From an uncultured candidate division Zixibacteria bacterium (GTDB lineage: Bacteria; Zixibacteria; MSB-5A5; UBA10806; 4484-95), in NCBI GenBank assembly GCA_963668625.2, contig CAXXKA010000008.1:384001-448000 (forward strand): a stretch of 64,000 nucleotides of DNA. Reading direction: 5' to 3'. Positions within the stretch are counted from its first letter, which is position 1. Each line of letters opens with the position of its first letter. Shown here one piece after another: positions 50,574 to 60,791 of the stretch. A program made the translations under genes and the position numbers. The notes under the pieces are model-generated. The model was not told where the DNA came from. It was given only the letters and a program-made list of their open reading frames with translations, and ran no database searches.

Positions 50574-50771
50574 TTTAATTATCCAGGAGTTATCCACCTT
50601 GCTACGAGTCACTGTTTCGTAATTGATATTTTATAGGCCAATCACGCTTGTGGTTTGCCTGACCCGCATAAAAAATTACGAACATAAATTGAATCATTAA
50701 TGCCCGGTTTTAATTTGCAATCTTAATCATTTTAGGGGTAAAATTTCACAAAATGATTTTTAGATCGAATT

Positions 50772-51016
50772 CAATACTGTCCGGACTTTTCATCTCGTTG
50801 CGAAACTCTGCTTCGCAACGTGGCTTATGATGCGTATTCTACATGACTCAATAAGGTTTCCAGGCAGCGCTTGGAAACCAGGAAACCAAAGCCTAACATC
50901 GGCAGGATATGTCAGGATGTATAATTCGCTTAATATATAATTGTATCGGAAAACATATTTCACTAACAATTCCAGGGAGAGATTTAAAATTTACCGAAAA
51001 ACACCGGACACCAGTG
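50772..51016. mobile_element. IS4-derived MITE copy 3
   Basis: caatactgtccgg...ccggacaccagtg; highly similar along its length to 57720-57974; no matching flanking duplication. Confidence 0.85.
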
Positions 51017-51281
51017 ATATTCTATCTATAGTCAAATCAAAATCGAAACTAAGTTTCTATAATACATCAGTTTCCAAATCGGAGTTTGGAAGCAAGAAAT
51101 AAAATAACAACGCTTCGCTTTAAACGGATCCACCGGGTAAACCGATAGTTCTTAGCTCAAATAAAAAAAGCAACGCTTGCTTTATGCCACTGCTCCGCGT
51201 ATCTTAAATGATATGATTATGTGGGGGTAGGGCTTGTAGCGGGAAGTCTTAAAACTATAAGCTTACTTTATTAAAACCTAT

Positions 51282-52547
51282 CACTAGTGTCCGGGCTTTG
51301 AGGCTGGCTTGACAGACCTCCTATAATAAGGGTGTAAACGCTAATTATAACACCTTTGTTTACAGGAGGTTAAAAATGCAAGGGAAGGTTACAATACTTC
51401 GCCAGATAACGCAAATGATTTCTCGATACGATTTCCAAAAAGCAGTTTCGACTGGCAAAGGGCGGCATTTCACGGTTTCTTTCGGCTACTGGTCGCACCT
51501 GGTGGCGATGATATTCGGGCAATTATCGGAGCAGCAATCGCTGCGTGATCTGGTCTTGAATCTTTCCCGTCAGGCGCATAGGTTTTACCATCTGGGTATG
51601 TCAAAGATACGCCGTTCGACTTTTTCGGATGCCAACAATCATCGGCCCTCGGCAATATACGAGAACTTGTTTTACATATTATTGAATCGTTACGGTTGTC
51701 ATTTTCAAGGCAAAAACCGGAAGCTGGGGAATAAATTATACTCAGTTGATTCGACGGTCATAGATTTGTGTCTGGGGTTATTTTATTGGGCTAAATTCAG
51801 AACGACCAAGGCCGGTGTCAAGCTTCATGTCAGGTTAAACCATGATGGTTACATCCCTGATTTTGCGGTTGTCACCAATGCCAATATTCATGATTCCAGA
51901 GTCAGGAAGATGTTCAATTTACCGGCTGGCAGTATCGTGACTTTCGACAAAGGCTACAATGACTACAGTCTTTTCAAGTTATTAAATGATAAGGGGATAA
52001 TCTTTGTCACGCGGCAGAAGAATAACGCTAAATACAAAGTAATCAAACGGTGTAGAACTAATCGTAAGCAAGGAGTCACCTCCGATCATTGGATTGAATT
52101 TACCGGTTTTTACTCCAAGCAAAAATGTTCGATTAGGCTGAGACGAATCCGTTATATCGATAAAGAAACCGGTAAAGTTTATGTATTCCTGACCAATGAT
52201 TTCAAACATGCCGCCTCGACTATTGCCGACATTTATAAGCAGCGCTGGCAGATAGAATTGTTTTTTAAAGCGTTAAAACAGAACCTTGTGATCAAGACTT
52301 TCTGGGGTACCTCCAAGAACGCAGTATATTCCCAGATCTGGGTGGCTTTGATAATCTATTTGTTAATGAGCGCGCTGAAATACAAATACAAAATATCGGC
52401 CTCAGTTGGAAAGTTAATTCAGAGAATCCGGTCATTCGTGTTTGAAAAAGATGATGTCCTGAGATTCCTTAAAGACCAAATACCAATCCCAATACAAATC
52501 GCTCAAACATCTCAAATTAACCTGTCCCTAAAGGCCGGACACTAGTG
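51282..52547 (+). mobile_element. Complete IS4-family insertion sequence
   Basis: TIRs cactagtgtccgg(g/c)cttt; 9-bp target duplication aaaacctat at 51273-51281 and 52548-52556. Confidence 0.96.
51376..52545 (+). CDS. IS4 family DDE transposase
   Basis: VDSTVIDL, KLH, FDKGY, YKQRWQIELFFK (YREK motif); stop codon lies inside right TIR. Confidence 0.96.
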   Translation: MQGKVTILRQITQMISRYDFQKAVSTGKGRHFTVSFGYWSHLVAMIFGQLSEQQSLRDLVLNLSRQAHRFYHLGMSKIRRSTFSDANNHRPSAIYENLFYILLNRYGCHFQGKNRKLGNKLYSVDSTVIDLCLGLFYWAKFRTTKAGVKLHVRLNHDGYIPDFAVVTNANIHDSRVRKMFNLPAGSIVTFDKGYNDYSLFKLLNDKGIIFVTRQKNNAKYKVIKRCRTNRKQGVTSDHWIEFTGFYSKQKCSIRLRRIRYIDKETGKVYVFLTNDFKHAASTIADIYKQRWQIELFFKALKQNLVIKTFWGTSKNAVYSQIWVALIIYLLMSALKYKYKISASVGKLIQRIRSFVFEKDDVLRFLKDQIPIPIQIAQTSQINLSLKAGH

Positions 52548-52656
52548 AAAACCTATAGATGATTAATGTTTGTTTGAAAGCTTATTCCGCTTTCCAAACG
52601 GCGCCTTTGAAAATTCCATTCGGAATGTTATAAAACATTTGGATGGATTACACCCT

Positions 52657-52686
52657 AAAAAAACCCGCCTGTAAAAGGGCGGGTTT
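52657..52686 (-). terminator. Terminator of beta-barrel gene
   Basis: aaacccgcc...ggcgggttt stem with A7 on + strand. Confidence 0.8.
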
Positions 52687-52709
52687 GAATGATAGTCTAT
52701 ACTTTATAT

Positions 52710-53294
52710 TTAGAACATGAAACCTATACCGATTGAAATATTGAGATTGCGATTGGTAGCATTACCGGCATCCTCATCGACGAGGTTTAGGAAACCAAGG
52801 CCTACTCTGAAATCGGACAAGAGGTTTCTATCGTTATTGAAATCAACACCGAATACCACTCCAGCATCAAGATTGTTATATTGATCTTTAACATCAAACG
52901 TCGTATCCAAAATTTCATAATCGGCAGTAAGTAAGAAACTAACCTCGGGGCCAAAATAAAACGATGGTCTGATCTCATTTTCCTGAAGGAATTTGATTTT
53001 TAAAAGTATCGGAACCTCAATGTAATTTAGCATTTGTGAGACATTAAACCCGGATACTTTTTGCTTTGTGCCTTTCATCGAGAAACGCACTTCAGGTTGG
53101 ATAGCGAATGATTCGCCCATATCGAATGTAACGAACGGGCCGCCGAAAAAGCCGGTTTTTAAACTGTTTTCTTTGATGTCACCATATTGAGTCGAACCGT
53201 TACCGCCGAATTTCAAACCAACCGATACCTCGGCAATTGCTGCCTGATAAAAAAAGACCGAAACGAGAATAGAGTAGGCCAATAGTTTTCGCAT
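52710..53294 (-). CDS. PorT-type outer-membrane beta-barrel protein
   Basis: Signal peptide; VGLKFGGN, IQPEVRFSMKG, LNYIEVPILLK, C-terminal IGIGFMF. Confidence 0.85.
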   Translation of the reverse strand: MRKLLAYSILVSVFFYQAAIAEVSVGLKFGGNGSTQYGDIKENSLKTGFFGGPFVTFDMGESFAIQPEVRFSMKGTKQKVSGFNVSQMLNYIEVPILLKIKFLQENEIRPSFYFGPEVSFLLTADYEILDTTFDVKDQYNNLDAGVVFGVDFNNDRNLLSDFRVGLGFLNLVDEDAGNATNRNLNISIGIGFMF

Positions 53295-53508
53295 TATGCA
53301 CTCCCTTGCCTTTGTATTTTCAATACTATTTTTATAACTCTATAATTCTAATCGGATTAGATTTCAATAAAATTAACTATTTAGTAGAGAGGTTTTTATA
53401 AATTAACGATGGCTGTTCAGGTTTAGAAACATTTAAATTTAATAAAAAAACTGCGAAAATGCCGTAATTAAAAGAATTCAAACTTGATAATATGATAAAA
53501 AACATAAA

Positions 53509-53760
53509 CACTATCCGGTTTTTCCTTCTCGTTGCGAATCGCTGGGATTATTGAAAATGTTCTTATTGGATAGCTGCGGTGTCAAAAAAGCCCGTTCCAA
53601 GTGTCGACGGGCGGACGAAATCCTTTGTTCATCCTTTCGGGGTGATATCCTGCGCGATAACAGCCGTATGGGAATGATCTTACCGGCTCGGGAAAATATA
53701 ATAAAGCGAGAAACATGCGGAAAAACCGTTTTAAGTTGACAGGCTATTTTCACAAGCTTT
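53509..53760. repeat. Partial MITE left end followed by nested second element
   Basis: cactatccggtttttccttctcgttgcgaatcgctg matches the MITE left arm; continues into an element homologous (reverse orientation) to 1723-1870. Confidence 0.65.
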
Positions 53761-53772
53761 ATACTAAACTAT

Positions 53773-55332
53773 ATGAGAAATTCGCTGATTATCATAATAA
53801 TAATAGCGGTTATGCTCTCCCGGGCGGGAGCTGATACCGGGGAGGTGGATATGAGTTCAAAGGTCAGGGAGCCCGCTGTTGCCGGATCGTTTTATCCCGG
53901 CGACCCATCCAGCCTGGCTAAGATGATCGCCGGCATGATGGCTAAAACCAGCAAGCCGGATATTCCGGGTGAAGTAGTGGCGTTGATAGTGCCGCACGCC
54001 GGTTATATATATTCCGGCCCGGTGGCATCGCATGCTTTCAAAGCAATACAGGGTTACGAGTATAAGGATGTCATAGTGATCTCGCCCTGCCACGTAGAGG
54101 CTTTTTCGGGTGCGGCGGTATATTCGGGGGATGCCTACCGGACGCCGTTCGGCGATATTAAAATCAACCATGAGCTTTCAGGGAAGATTGCCGGTAGTTC
54201 GGAGTATGTCGAACTATCCGATAAAGGACATCGCCTGACAAGCCGGGGGGGCGAGCATTCTCTGGAGGTTGAACTTCCGTTTTTGCAGACTATGCTGGGC
54301 GAGTTCGGCCTGGTAGCTATTGTCATGGGCAGCCAGGATTTCGCCACTTGCCGCGGACTGGCTGAGGCTATCGCCGGAGTTTGCAGGGGCCGGGATGATA
54401 TTCTGATTGTAGCCAGTAGCGACTTATCTCATTTTCATGATTACAAGAAAGCTAAAAATCTCGATTTACGAATAGTGGAATCGATAAATCAATACGATTA
54501 TAAAACCCTTCACAATGATTTGGAGAACCGCAAGGTAGAGGCCTGTGGAGGCGGCCCGATAGTAACGGCCATGATAGCCTCCGAGATGGCCGGCGCAAAC
54601 GGCGCGAAAGTGGTAAATTATGCTAATTCGGGGGATGTCTCGGGAGATAGCAGTTCAGTCGTTGGGTATCTGGCCGGCGTGATATATAAAGGCGAGAAAG
54701 ATCGTAAAGTCTACGAAATAAACATCGAGGAGGATGAGACCGACGAGGATATCGACATTAATCCGGCCTCAGGCGTTGATTTCGGGCTTTCCGAGCATGA
54801 GAAAAAGCAACTTCTGGATTTGGCCGAAAACGCGATTAAAGCCAGGCTGGCAGGTGAAAACCTGGCATTGAATAAACCAGAATACGGCGGAGTACTTGCC
54901 GAAAAGCGTGGCGCGTTCGTTACCCTGACTATCGAAGGGAATCTTCGGGGCTGTATTGGGTATATTCACGCGGTAAAGCCTCTTTATGAAACGATTGCCG
55001 AGATGGCCGTTCAGGCGGCGTTTCACGACCCGCGATTCCCACAGCTAACGAAACCCGAATTTAAACGTATAGAGATTGAGATTTCGGTTTTAACGCCGAT
55101 GATAAAAGTAGTAGATCCTATTCAGGATGTTGTAGTTGGCCGGGATGGATTATTCCTGGTTAAGGGACGGTTTAGCGGGCTTTTATTGCCACAGGTGCCG
55201 GTGGAACATAACTGGGATAGAGACACTTTTCTCGATCAGACCTGCCTGAAAGCCGGTCTGCCGCCGGGAACCTGGAAAGATACGGAAACGGAAATATTCC
55301 GTTTTCAAGCGGACATTTTCGGAGGAAAGTAA
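53773..55332 (+). CDS. AmmeMemoRadiSam protein B (MEMO1) - protein A (AMMECR1) fusion
   Basis: REPAVAGSFYP, PHAGYIYSG, EHSLEVELPF, SSDLSH, ACG; then GAFVTL..LRGCIG, LLLPQV. Confidence 0.92.
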   Translation: MRNSLIIIIIIAVMLSRAGADTGEVDMSSKVREPAVAGSFYPGDPSSLAKMIAGMMAKTSKPDIPGEVVALIVPHAGYIYSGPVASHAFKAIQGYEYKDVIVISPCHVEAFSGAAVYSGDAYRTPFGDIKINHELSGKIAGSSEYVELSDKGHRLTSRGGEHSLEVELPFLQTMLGEFGLVAIVMGSQDFATCRGLAEAIAGVCRGRDDILIVASSDLSHFHDYKKAKNLDLRIVESINQYDYKTLHNDLENRKVEACGGGPIVTAMIASEMAGANGAKVVNYANSGDVSGDSSSVVGYLAGVIYKGEKDRKVYEINIEEDETDEDIDINPASGVDFGLSEHEKKQLLDLAENAIKARLAGENLALNKPEYGGVLAEKRGAFVTLTIEGNLRGCIGYIHAVKPLYETIAEMAVQAAFHDPRFPQLTKPEFKRIEIEISVLTPMIKVVDPIQDVVVGRDGLFLVKGRFSGLLLPQVPVEHNWDRDTFLDQTCLKAGLPPGTWKDTETEIFRFQADIFGGK

Positions 55333-55393
55333 AATAAAGCATCAGATAAAAAATTTTAAAACCCCTAAGAAGGGATTTCTGAGTAGAATATAC

Positions 55394-56626
55394 ATGCTGG
55401 TTCTACCGATTATTCTGGTAATATCGGTACTGGCATTCGCTATGGCTATACTTTACGATAATTACGATTCTTTCCAGCAAAGCCGGGCAGAATATAAGCC
55501 GGAGGTCGAGCAAGTTATTATCTCCGAAATCTATACCGGCCATGTTCATCAAAACAGCTCGCTCTATGCCGAACTTCTGAACCAGGAGGTTCCGAAATTA
55601 GCGGTTGCTAAAATCACTAATAAATTCTCGGAGCTTTTCGATCTGCATCATTCTCATCCCGGTGATGAGTTCAAGCTATTCATGACAGCCGAGGATACGG
55701 TATTGGCTTTCGAGTACACTACACACGATCTGAAAAAATACCGGCTCGAACGTTCCGGGGATAACTATATCGATATGGTAACCGAGGTGGAGCTGGAGCA
55801 GCGGATAGAATTCATAAGCGCCGTTATCGAGACTAATCTCTGGGAGGCGTTAATCAGCCAGATTCCCGAACCCGAGCTGTTCACTAAAATAACCGATATC
55901 TACGCCTGGGAGATAGATTTCTTTACCGAATCTCGAATCGGAGATAAATTCAAAGTGGTATTCGAGACTTTTTACAAGGACAGTGTATTCGTAAAATGCG
56001 GAGATATTTTAGCCGCTGAATACACGCTAAACGGCACTCCCCATCGCGCCTTTCTCTATTCCGACCCTGAAGGCTATACCGATTACTATGATGAGAACGG
56101 CTATTCTCTCAAGCGCGCGCTTTTAAAATCACCGTTAAACTACAGGCGTATCTCCTCGCGATATTCGCAAAGTCGTCTTCATCCGGTTTTCAAAGTATAT
56201 CGACCTCATCTGGGTGTTGACTATGCCGCGGCAATCGGTACGCCGGTGGTATCCGCCGGGGATGGTATTGTTAAAATCAAGGGTTGGGTGAGAGGTTTCG
56301 GTAACTATATCGAGATCGAGCATGAGTACGGTATATCCACCACCTACGGACATCTTAATGATTATGCCAAGGGTATCGTTGAGGGGAGACGAGTCAGGCA
56401 GGGGCAGGTAATCGGTTATGTCGGGCAGACTGGTGTTGCCACCGGGCCACATCTGGATTACCGCGTGAAAAAAGACAAACGATTTGCCAATCCTCTCAAA
56501 ATGACTATTCCGGCCTCGATTCCGGTCAAGCCCGAATATTTCGACGATTTCTCGCATCAGGTATCGTTGCAGATGAATTTCCTCAACCGTCACGTAGACC
56601 GCGATCTTTACGTGATGAACCAATAG
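55394..56626 (+). CDS. M23 family peptidoglycan DD-endopeptidase (MepM-like)
   Basis: HLGVDYAA, YGHL, TGPHLDY; N-terminal TM anchor. Confidence 0.93.
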   Translation: MLVLPIILVISVLAFAMAILYDNYDSFQQSRAEYKPEVEQVIISEIYTGHVHQNSSLYAELLNQEVPKLAVAKITNKFSELFDLHHSHPGDEFKLFMTAEDTVLAFEYTTHDLKKYRLERSGDNYIDMVTEVELEQRIEFISAVIETNLWEALISQIPEPELFTKITDIYAWEIDFFTESRIGDKFKVVFETFYKDSVFVKCGDILAAEYTLNGTPHRAFLYSDPEGYTDYYDENGYSLKRALLKSPLNYRRISSRYSQSRLHPVFKVYRPHLGVDYAAAIGTPVVSAGDGIVKIKGWVRGFGNYIEIEHEYGISTTYGHLNDYAKGIVEGRRVRQGQVIGYVGQTGVATGPHLDYRVKKDKRFANPLKMTIPASIPVKPEYFDDFSHQVSLQMNFLNRHVDRDLYVMNQ

Positions 56627-56812
56627 CAATTCTATCGCTAATTACAAATTGTACAGGTATGATAATTCGAGGCTATAATATAAAATTTTCTGCGCTAATA
56701 AATTATCTCATTTGGGGCCTGGAACCGAAATCCGGAAATGAGCACACCGTCTAATCACATTCAAGCATTTCTCTCTTGAAAAATCCCGCAGAATATATTA
56801 ATTTTATCCGCG

Positions 56813-57589
56813 ATGACATCATTTACGAAACTGATAACCACACTGGCTATACTGCTTCTTGTAACCGCCGCTGGATATTGCAGTGATGCTATACTCGTGC
56901 TTAGATTCGACTGCCAGGGTAAAGCCTCGCCGCTTGCCAAACCGCTCGAGGATTCACTCAAGGCAAATCTTCGCCTGCTGAATATTCCCACCGTGCAGCG
57001 TTCGAGATGGCAGAGCCTGATACAATCGAGCGGCTTTAAAGAAAGCGATATGAATTATAATCCGCCGGTTTTGTCTCGCCTGGTGAATAAACTGGGTGCG
57101 AAAGGCGCGGTGTATGGTCAGGTATATGAGAAAAATGGTATGCTCATTCTGGATGCTTACTATATCGAGCCGGGTGCAGAGAAGCCGATTGATATCGAGC
57201 CGATGGTTGGTTACAAGTACGAGGATATTCTCGATATGACCTGGGAGTTGGCGGTGATAGTCTCACAGGAGGACAAGCGGCCGCCGAAAGTTAGCAGGGT
57301 TGAACCCTCAGACAGCGCCGTGTTGGAGGATCAGTATATCTGGTTCTCGCTGTATTTCGATGAGCCGATGAATCCCGAGAGTTTCGCTATCACCGGTGAA
57401 CCGGAGGATATGTTTTTCACGGTCGGCGATTATGTTTACAACGAGCGGGAGAACTGCTTCAAGGTCAAGATGCATCTATACCCCGGCAAGAGCTATACGT
57501 TCAGGGTAAACGGGCCGGGTATCAAGCCGTTTTTGGATAGATATGGGAATGTAGCCGAGACTTTCGAGTGGCAGGTGTTCACGCGGTAG
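56813..57589 (+). CDS. Secreted hypothetical protein (CsgG/TolB-N-like domain + Ig-like domain)
   Basis: Signal peptide; PPKVSRVEP...YFDEPMNPES...D.YGN Big_5-like pattern. Confidence 0.7.
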   Translation: MTSFTKLITTLAILLLVTAAGYCSDAILVLRFDCQGKASPLAKPLEDSLKANLRLLNIPTVQRSRWQSLIQSSGFKESDMNYNPPVLSRLVNKLGAKGAVYGQVYEKNGMLILDAYYIEPGAEKPIDIEPMVGYKYEDILDMTWELAVIVSQEDKRPPKVSRVEPSDSAVLEDQYIWFSLYFDEPMNPESFAITGEPEDMFFTVGDYVYNERENCFKVKMHLYPGKSYTFRVNGPGIKPFLDRYGNVAETFEWQVFTR

Positions 57590-57719
57590 CGCTGTGGACC
57601 TCTTTAAATATTCTATCCGATTTTAAAAGATTGATTGATTCCTCGGTCCCTTTCAATGACAGCCTTTGACAAACATCCTGTATTATCACCTCCGCTACAC
57701 CTCAACAATCAAACCCGAT

Positions 57720-57974
57720 CACTACTGTCCGGTCTTTTCATCTCGTTGCGAAGCGCTGCTTCGCAACGTGGCTTGTTTGCCGGCAGAATGCGCATTCTAC
57801 ATGATTCAAGAAGGTTTCCAAGCAGCGCTTGGAAACCAGAAAACCAAGCCTAACATCGGCAGGATATGTCAGGATGAATGATACGCTGAATAAAATAATT
57901 ATATCGGAAAATATTTTTCATTAACAATTCCAAGGAGAAACTTAAAATTTAACGAAAAACACCGGACACTAGTG
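57720..57974. mobile_element. IS4-derived MITE copy 4 (best preserved)
   Basis: cactactgtccgg...ccggacactagtg; perfect 9-bp duplication aaacccgat at 57711-57719 and 57975-57983. Confidence 0.92.
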
Positions 57975-58028
57975 AAACCCGATAAAATATCGCTTGACTA
58001 ATACTTTCTGAATTATCACTATTAGCTT

Positions 58029-58910
58029 ATGAATACGATCACTGAACAAACTACGATATGCCTTGCCCTGAAAGAGTATGGCCAGGTCGGGCCGAAACTG
58101 TTCCAGAACCTGCTCATGCTTTACGGGCATCCCGAAAATATCTATGATCACTCCGCCGAGCAGATAGCCACGATGGTTGATATCAATCTCGAGCGCGCCG
58201 GCAAAATAGTCTCCTCCCGTGACCGTCTGGCTGAAGCGCAGGAGACTATCGAGTATTATCAAACATTAAATGTATCAACAACCAGCTTTCTGGATGATGA
58301 CTACCCCGAATCGCTGCGCAATATCCCCGATCCTCCGCTTGTAATTTATACACGGGGAGATATCGATATACTGAAGCATAGCGGAATAGCGCTAGTTGGC
58401 ACCACCTCGGCCAGCCAGGAGGGTATAAGAGCGGCGGTTGATTTCTCCAAAGCTTTTATCGAGGCCGATAAATCGATTGTATCAGGGCTGGCTATTGGCA
58501 TTGATTCCTCGGCGCATCTCGCAGCGCTGAAAAACGCCGGCAAAACGGTGGCGGTGCTCCCCAGCGGCCCGGTTAATATTTATCCGGAGGAAAATGAGCC
58601 ATTAGCCAAACTCATTACCGATTCGGGCGTATTACTTTCAGAGTATGATATACACGCGAAAGCCATACCGGGGCGGCTGGTATCGCGCAACCGACTTATT
58701 GCCGGACTGTCGAAAGCAGTTTTAATCGTTCAGGTAGGCGAAAAGAGACGGGGCGAACTTCACGCGGGGCAGGCGGCTATTGATCAGGGCAAGCCGGTTT
58801 TTATCTACGACCCGTATGATCGTTACGCCAATGAGGAGTTGTTGAACAATATGGTGATAAAAATTAAAAGTACCGAACAAATAGATGATATCCTGAGTTA
58901 CATTGTATAA
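58029..58910 (+). CDS. dprA: DNA-processing protein DprA
   Basis: YPESLRNIPDPP, ALVGT, IVSGLAIGIDSSAH, RNRLIAGLS. Confidence 0.92.
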   Translation: MNTITEQTTICLALKEYGQVGPKLFQNLLMLYGHPENIYDHSAEQIATMVDINLERAGKIVSSRDRLAEAQETIEYYQTLNVSTTSFLDDDYPESLRNIPDPPLVIYTRGDIDILKHSGIALVGTTSASQEGIRAAVDFSKAFIEADKSIVSGLAIGIDSSAHLAALKNAGKTVAVLPSGPVNIYPEENEPLAKLITDSGVLLSEYDIHAKAIPGRLVSRNRLIAGLSKAVLIVQVGEKRRGELHAGQAAIDQGKPVFIYDPYDRYANEELLNNMVIKIKSTEQIDDILSYIV

Positions 58911-59055
58911 AGCAACGATTACGAAATGTTTAAATCTTGACAACCATCTGGGAATATATTAATTAATTGTAGCTGCAGTCTTATTAATCCCCAGCGGGCA
59001 AACGAATCACTCTGCGATTTGAGGTTTAAAACGCAGGGAAAGATGATAGAGGTAA

Positions 59056-59682
59056 ATGCAAGAGAATAATCATAATAATGATATCTTTCTTCAGATAAAG
59101 GAATCAGCAAGGGCGGAGATCAAGATCAAGGGCAGTCGTTTTATAGCCTCGGCCCGACGGGTGCGTACGGAGGATGAGGCAAACGCCGCTATCGCCGAAA
59201 TAAAGAAAGAGTTTCATGATGCCACCCACAACTGCTACGCCTGGAAAGTCGGGCATGGCAAAAGGATGAGGTATCGTTATAATGATGACGGCGAGCCTAA
59301 CAACACTGCCGGTTTGCCCATACTAAAATCGATAGACAACCGACGTCTTTCCAATATACTCATTGTGGTCACTCGCTATTTCGGTGGTGTCAAGCTGGGC
59401 ACCGGCGGCCTGATACGGGCTTACAGCAAGGCCACCATGGATGTTTTACGCGAGGCCGATATCGAGAAGGGCTTCCTTGTCGAGGAGTTCAATTTCAAGG
59501 TCGGTTTCGAATTCGTTAATTTGATACACAGTTTAATTGCCAACCATAAAGCCACGCTTGTCGATTCCTCCTATGGCGAGGAGGTGCTTTTCAAAGTCGG
59601 CGTGCGCGCCTCGAGAGCCAAAGAGTTCAAGACCAAGTTACGGGATGGCACGAACGGCCAGGTGGAGTTTGTCCGCAAATAA
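59056..59682 (+). CDS. yigZ: YigZ/IMPACT family protein
   Basis: KGSRFI, ATHNCYA, DDGEP..TAG, VTRYFGGVKLGTGGLIRAY. Confidence 0.95.
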   Translation: MQENNHNNDIFLQIKESARAEIKIKGSRFIASARRVRTEDEANAAIAEIKKEFHDATHNCYAWKVGHGKRMRYRYNDDGEPNNTAGLPILKSIDNRRLSNILIVVTRYFGGVKLGTGGLIRAYSKATMDVLREADIEKGFLVEEFNFKVGFEFVNLIHSLIANHKATLVDSSYGEEVLFKVGVRASRAKEFKTKLRDGTNGQVEFVRK

Positions 59683-60592
59683 GAAATACCTGGCAGTCGG
59701 TGTCGGCCTGTGTGCGCTGGACTATATCTGTATAGTGGATAAATTCCCGGTCGCCGATCAGAAACTGGATGCCTGTGCGTTCAGCCGTCAGGGAGGAGGA
59801 CCCGTTGCCACCGCCCTGTGTACGCTGGGGCATTTCGGCGCCGAGGTCAGTTTTATCGGCAAGGTGGGGAACGATCCGGAGGGCAGGCTTATCGCCTCGG
59901 AGATGAATCGTTTCAATGTCGAGACCACGAGTATGGTGTTCGATGCCTACAGCCGCACTCCCCGTGCTTTTATCTGGGTGGATAAGACTACCGGCGCGCG
60001 TACTGTCGTGCTCGATCGCACCGAGATTGCCGACATGGCTCCCGAGGAGCTGGATAAAAACCTGCTGCAATCCTGTCGCTATATTCATCTCGATGGCCGC
60101 GAGACAAAGGCCTCTTTTCATGCCGCCAAAATCGCCAAGGATGCCGGCGCGGAGGTAGTTCTCGATGTCGGCAGTCCGCGAGAGGGTATTAACGAGCTTC
60201 TGCCGCTGGTCGATCACCTGGTGGTATCAAAATCGTTTTCCGATAAGTTTACCGATAACGAGGAGCCGGGTCAGGCCGCCATGAAATTTTTAGGTATGGG
60301 ATTCAAAACGGTGGTTATCACGCTGGGCAGTTACGGCAGTGTTTGCGCTACCGAGGGTGATTTTTTCCAGACTGACGCCTTCGATATCGAGGTGCTGGAT
60401 ACTACCGGCGCGGGGGATGTTTTTCACGGCGCGTATATCTACGGCCTATCCAAGGGTTGGGATTTAAAAGAGGTGGTAGAGTTCGCCTCAGCCGCCGCGG
60501 CCATGAAATGCGTACGCATAGGAGGCCGTCAGGGCATACCCACGGTAGATGAGGTAGTGCAGTTTATGGAAGTTAAGCGCGGCCGGTTGTAA
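59669..60592 (+). CDS. PfkB-family carbohydrate kinase
   Basis: GGGPVATA, GKVGND..G, DTTGAGDVFHG; likely TTG start at 59669 after ggag. Confidence 0.92.
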   Translation: MSANKKYLAVGVGLCALDYICIVDKFPVADQKLDACAFSRQGGGPVATALCTLGHFGAEVSFIGKVGNDPEGRLIASEMNRFNVETTSMVFDAYSRTPRAFIWVDKTTGARTVVLDRTEIADMAPEELDKNLLQSCRYIHLDGRETKASFHAAKIAKDAGAEVVLDVGSPREGINELLPLVDHLVVSKSFSDKFTDNEEPGQAAMKFLGMGFKTVVITLGSYGSVCATEGDFFQTDAFDIEVLDTTGAGDVFHGAYIYGLSKGWDLKEVVEFASAAAAMKCVRIGGRQGIPTVDEVVQFMEVKRGRL

Positions 60593-60791
60593 AATACAAT
60601 TTGTAATACTATATCTGTAAAATAATCATATTTTAGTTGTCATTCTTAATTTAACTGTCTCTATATTGCTTTCTATAGATTTCATTTAAAAGGATTTAAC
60701 TAATTAATTGTGATAGCATGTTAGCTATTAAACTATGTACTTTGATTATTGGAATTATTTGTTTTACTACGAAAAGTATTATAGTTTATAC

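Noticed and set aside
53511-53753. Small ORFs at 53511-53753, 53551-53739, 57635-57881 and 17251-17469
   Set aside because: They fall within MITE/REP sequence and are spurious
58990-59045. c-di-GMP-I riboswitch upstream of yigZ (gggcaaac...acgca)
   Set aside because: Lacks the GAAA tetraloop stem and the P3 consensus; resemblance is superficial
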